64,000 nt of DNA from the human T2T-CHM13v2.0 reference genome, Homo sapiens. The position numbers were made by a program, and so were the translations under genes. Location: the NCBI RefSeq assembly GCF_009914755.1, contig NC_060937.1, one strand, 5' to 3'. The notes under the pieces were generated by a model. That model was not told where the DNA came from. It saw only the letters and a list, made by a program, of their open reading frames with translations, and ran no database searches. Shown one piece after another: positions 58,918-64,000 of the stretch (the stretch's first letter is position 1; every line of letters begins with the position of its first letter).

Positions 58918-60601
58918 TGACATTTTGCAGCTGCTGCTTGAAGCCGCCCAGAAGGGCATCAGGACTGGGGGCGAGGGGGAGGGCAGGGGCCCCCCAGCCA
59001 GAGCTCATGAGTGGCAGATGCTTCTCCCATTCTGGCTCCTTAACTGGGTCAGATGAGCTCAAATTGGGAGCACACCCTTTAGGGGCTGTCTGCAGCTCTG
59101 CAAGACTCACATCCTGGCTTTGGAGCATGGGTGGCGGTGAGGAGCAGGGGGCATGCACCATTCTGAGCACTGCCAGCCCTCTCCAGTGAGGAGACCGAGT
59201 GGAGAAGCATGCAAAAGCTCAAAGTTTCCCATCTCTGGCCTCACTTCGTGTTTCAAAAGTAAACAAATAAACCGCAGCTGAGAAGGGAACAAAGCCCCTG
59301 GAAGTCCAGCCCGGGGCCATGTGGGCTGTGGAAGGCACAGATAAGTTCTGGGGAAATAAGTGCGAAACCTGAGGGCCTTAATGGGAAGGAGGCCCCCAGG
59401 ATGCTTGACTGTTGTGGCCAGAGTGCCCCCAAGCTCTTCTTGGCAGACCGGCAGGATGTGGCCCAGCCATCTGAAGCAGGCTTTGGTGCCACAGGGTAAA
59501 GGAGGGCACTTCAGGCCTGATTCCACATGGCCTCAGGCCTCCAGAGTTCACTCTTGGCAAGGGCCTGGAGTGCAAAGACCTGTTATATTTGTGCTGAGAG
59601 AGCCAAGTGCCTGAAGAGGCAAGCATGGTCTAGAGTTTGACTCAGAAATGAATAAGATAGCCAGCTTTTGAGACACAGCGCCTTTGCTACTGGGAAAGAC
59701 AGCGTGCTGTGGCACCCTGTGGGTAGGAGGGAGCCAAGAGAGGGAAGCAAACAAAATGAGATATTGAACGTGCAGTCTTCAAAACTCCTGGAGAAAAAAC
59801 CTTGCTTTTCCAAAGATAGTGAGGGCTCTGAATGCCTGAAGAACCATTCCCCAGCAAGAATTTCTCCCTTTCTTAGTGAAATGAAAATTCCAATTCCAAA
59901 CCATAAGCGGAGGACTGTGGGAGGAACTGAGTCAGATGTGTGCAGATTTAAAAAGAAGATACCCATTGTATTTGAGAGCAGGGTATGAAAAATAAAAATG
60001 TCCAGAATGAACGAAGCCGTAAGTTAGGGTTTTGACAGAACCAGTTCTCCTAATTGTAGCAAACAGTGCTGCAGAATCTGAAATGATTTTGAAGTCTGTC
60101 ATCTAACTTTTGCTTTGAACACCTCCTACACAAAAGAAAATTAAACAACAGTGATTCCCCTGACAGCTTTGAATCTAGAATAAACAACTGGGCCACAGTG
60201 ACCAGGTAACACAGACCAGGGTGCAAATACAAAACAACAAATAATAGGCTATCATTGTATAAGCAATACTGTGAGGGCTTCTTTTGTACCTGGGAAATAG
60301 CAAGGAGCCTCTGAAAATAATTTGGGTGATGGAAGGAGCTATCTATTGTCCTCAGGCAGGGAAGGAGGCTTTTATAACTGAGTGTGCAGTCCTGAAGGAT
60401 GGCCAGGAGGGAATGTGGTCTAAATGGAGACAGCCTTCCAGGCAGAGGGGGAGGACTGGACTGTGGGCAGCAGTGAGAGGTTCTGCCCTCGGGAATCAGG
60501 AGGTGGGAGGTATGCCGAAGCCAGAACTCAGATATCTAAAGCTTCGTTCCTCTGAGCTGCCAAATTTGCCAGTTGTTTTTGGCTTTAGAGATAGCATAAA
60601 A

Positions 60602-60680
60602 CCTCCCTCCCTCCCCTCCCTCCCTCCCCACTTCCTTCCCTCTCTCCCTCCCTCCCTCCCTTCCTTCCTTCCTTCTTTTT
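60602..60680. repeat. (CCCT)n/(CCTT)n polypyrimidine microsatellite
   Basis: Read directly. Confidence 0.95.
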
Positions 60681-60764
60681 GAAAAATAAGCTCTGGCCAG
60701 TTTTATTAAAGATTTGCATGATTTATTTTCACCAGTCTGTTCTGGCATGCTTCCAAAGATCTCA

Positions 60765-61064
<300 letters not shown>

Positions 61065-62105
61065 TCTCAGCATTCCCTGGATCAGTGACACCAGGGTGCA
61101 CTTGCTATGGTATTTTCCACATGCTGTGCCCAATTTAATGTTATTACTGCTGGAGTGGTAGATGGCAGTTTTGAGAGTATGCACCTTAGTTCTGTATTTC
61201 AGATTTCCTCGAGGCCAGGCAGTTGGTGGGGATGACCGGTTTCACTTTGCCTTGTCTATCATCTTCAGAGCCGGATTGCCCCAGCTTGTATTTTCGACCC
61301 TTAATGGGTTGGAGCCTAGAGTGGATGGACTCCAGTGACTTTTCGTCTTCTTTGCGGCCACCATATTCTGGCCTTGGATGTGGGATGGCCTCTAACCAAA
61401 AGCAGCCACCAAGATGGCCAGGGATCCCAAAAGGCAAAATGGTTCTTAATCATTTTGGACCATAGAACTTTTGAGAATTCTACGTAGATTCCCCAGAAAT
61501 GTAAATATATACCCAATTTTTGCTGACCATCCAGGATGTTCATGAGATACTTGGACCCAGGTTAAGAATCCTTGCTCTATTAATTAATTAGTTCTTTTTA
61601 ACTCAACAAATATTTTTGGCATATGGGATAAGCCCCTGGTGTAATTAGAATTTCTTTCTGGGACCTCATAAGTATGTACTGTGGCTTTCATGAGGCCCTT
61701 TTCCAAGGAACCCCGAAAGGCTAAGAGCCACCGACCTTGACTTTCAGGTTATTCACTCGCTAAGAGAGCAACAGGATGATTTTAGCAGCCCTACTTAGGT
61801 TCATTTTCTAATACTTTAACATTTTTTCTAAGTACATACCTACTAAGTAACCTAAAGAAATCCAGCATAGTGGGAAGGTTTAGTGATGACCACCAGCTCT
61901 AAAGCTCCTTCAAAAACCTACTTTAAAAATATTTGTCCTATTTTGTAGGATTTATGGCAAGATCTTTATTTTTATTATTTTCTTTCAAGATCAGGATTTT
62001 CGCCCATGTTGTAAACACAATGTGCTCAGGACACGAGATGTGGGTAATGGTCATTCAGGGAGCCATTCATTCAATACTTAAAAGTCAAAATTACCATTAA
62101 CTACG

Positions 62106-62114
62106 ACACACACA

Positions 62115-62147
<33 letters not shown>
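62106..62147. repeat. (CA)n microsatellite, interrupted once
   Basis: Read directly. Confidence 0.97.
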
Positions 62148-62151
<4 letters not shown>

Positions 62152-63707
62152 TTTCCTATAAAGCAGCCTCTTGGTGAAATATAATGGCAAACGTTTGGCA
62201 AAGAAGACCTGGAGTCCCTTCTTTTTGGTGCTCCCCTAGCATGAAAGAGGCTGCCTGGAGAATAAAAATAAATACAATAGAAATGGTGGCTACTAACATT
62301 TACTCGAATGGTGTAAAGTATTTCACAGCTACTATCTCATAAAAGTTTACAAAGTTTGCATTACTGTTGTTTCTCCTTTTTACAGATGTAAGCATTAGGA
62401 CTCAGAGCTTAAGTAATTTACCTAGGTAAGATGCTGCTAAGTGGGAGAACCAGGAGAACCTATGCTTTCAGCAAATTACTTTGAACCTGAAATAATCTTG
62501 CTTTCTCACTCATTTCCTGAATCTACAAATAAATAACTGGAATTATGTCAGCTAGTGCACATTTTGTACAATCAGCCTACAAAAGTAAGTAAGTGCAGTG
62601 ATTTTAAGGAAGCCACTAAAAGCAGAGCTGTGACCTGCTCCTGGATGGGTGACAGTCACACCTACTCAGGGCGGAGAATGCAGGTGAGGTGAAGCGGCAC
62701 TCATAGGGGTAAAATGAGGACAGTAGGGCTGGAACACACTTGGAAGTTTACTGGGGGAAGCCTCACCTCCATCCTGCAGTGGGAAGTGCTGGGCTCTGTC
62801 TGCTGGCCCAGGCCCAGTTCTCAGAAGAGATTCCAACTTGAGGCTGGGAGGTTGGAAGATGTGGTCTTAGATGTAGCAACCTGCTTAGGACAGCAGCCCC
62901 TTAGCAGGACACACAGTGATGTTGGTGAAATAATAACCATCCATGCATTGAGCTGTGAGATTTTTAGGAGAGTCAGTCTAGAGGAAGGGCTCTGCTCTTT
63001 GCGAGCTGAATGACCTTGGGAAATTTACTTATTGTCCATGGGACTCCATTTCCTCAACTATAAAGTGGGAATAGTAATAATACCATTAAGCAGCACCAGA
63101 AGCCAAGAGCTTTACACACATTATTGAATCTCTTAGCCACTCATGGGGTGCCTTTTTTTAGCCAGATTCTACAGGTGAGGAAAATGAATGTCTGCAAGGT
63201 TAAAACACTAGCTGAGGTCACAGAGACAGAAATCACACTCAGATCTGATGAGTCTACAGCAATGTGCCACCTGACCATCTTTCCTGCTTGCCTTCTTCAG
63301 AGCCAGGCTCTGGACTTGCAGCCACACTTGGGTCTCCTTTCTACTCTCAGCCCCCCTGGTCCTTGCCACCTACCTGCCTGCCTGCCTGCGTGCAGCCACC
63401 CCATAGTCCTCATGGATGGGCTAGGCTGTGACTCTTCCTGGGGTGCTCCCTGCCCCTGCTCTTGTCCAATCCTTGTGGGCTGTTTGGCTTGACAGGACAA
63501 TATCTCTCCTACTACCCATCTTACCCCAGTATGTGGCTATAACCCCAGGCCCCTCCTGACTTGCTCCCCTTGGCTTAACTGACTAGGGGAGAACCCAGTG
63601 GAGCCTGGACACGTGAATACAGAGAACTATGCATTTCTCTGGCATTAGTATGTTTGAATGATTTACCAGTTTGCAAGCCTATGAATAGCAGGGACCATGT
63701 CTTAGAC

Positions 63708-63860
63708 CAGTGCTTCTCAAACTTTAAATAAGCATGCAAGTCTCCTGGAGACCTTGTTAAAACACAGATTCTGATTTATTATGGGGGGAGCCCTGGATTT
63801 TTCATCATGCCAGGTGATTCCAGTGCTGTTAGTCCAAGGATCACACTTTGAGCAAGAAGG
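63708..63860. mobile_element. MER5A-like hAT MITE within an L2 tail
   Basis: 'cagtgcttctcaaacttt...cctggagaccttgttaaaacacagattctg...cacactttgag'. Confidence 0.75.
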
Positions 63861-64000
63861 TTATACATTCATCATTTCATACCAAAATGGTGTATTTTCT
63901 CATCTGTCTCCCTAGGAGACTATATGCTTCTTAAAAGCAAGGCTGTTTCCTTTCTCATCTCTGTGTCCCCAGTGCCCAGCACACAGTAGGTACTCAGTAA

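Overview
This is primate, almost certainly human, genomic DNA. It is mostly intergenic and dense in interspersed repeats (Alu, L1, L2, MIR, MaLR/ERV LTRs, hAT and piggyBac MITEs). The only protein-coding sequence I can support is the first coding exon of MEDAG (C13orf33), at 58441-58718 on +, inside a CpG island and followed by intron 1 to the window end. I recognised it from the remembered protein N-terminus, not from a search. Clear splice and poly(A) signals at about 34.5-35.3 kb define a small + strand spliced lncRNA, probably LINC00545. A converging minus-strand poly(A) signal there may be the 3' end of TEX26-AS1. Other notable elements are a near-perfect 48-bp VNTR (3.9-4.3 kb), a G-rich ~21-bp minisatellite (22.2-22.8 kb), and a MER85 piggyBac MITE whose internal palindrome is a perfect hairpin. 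I found no convincing new gene system. The best leads are regulatory or translational hypotheses: a non-AUG N-terminal extension of MEDAG, a MER85/CSB-PGBD3 site, an overlapping AP-1/TEAD/STAT element, and a KLF-box minisatellite. Repeat subfamily names come from recalled consensus sequences, and boundaries of old repeats are approximate.
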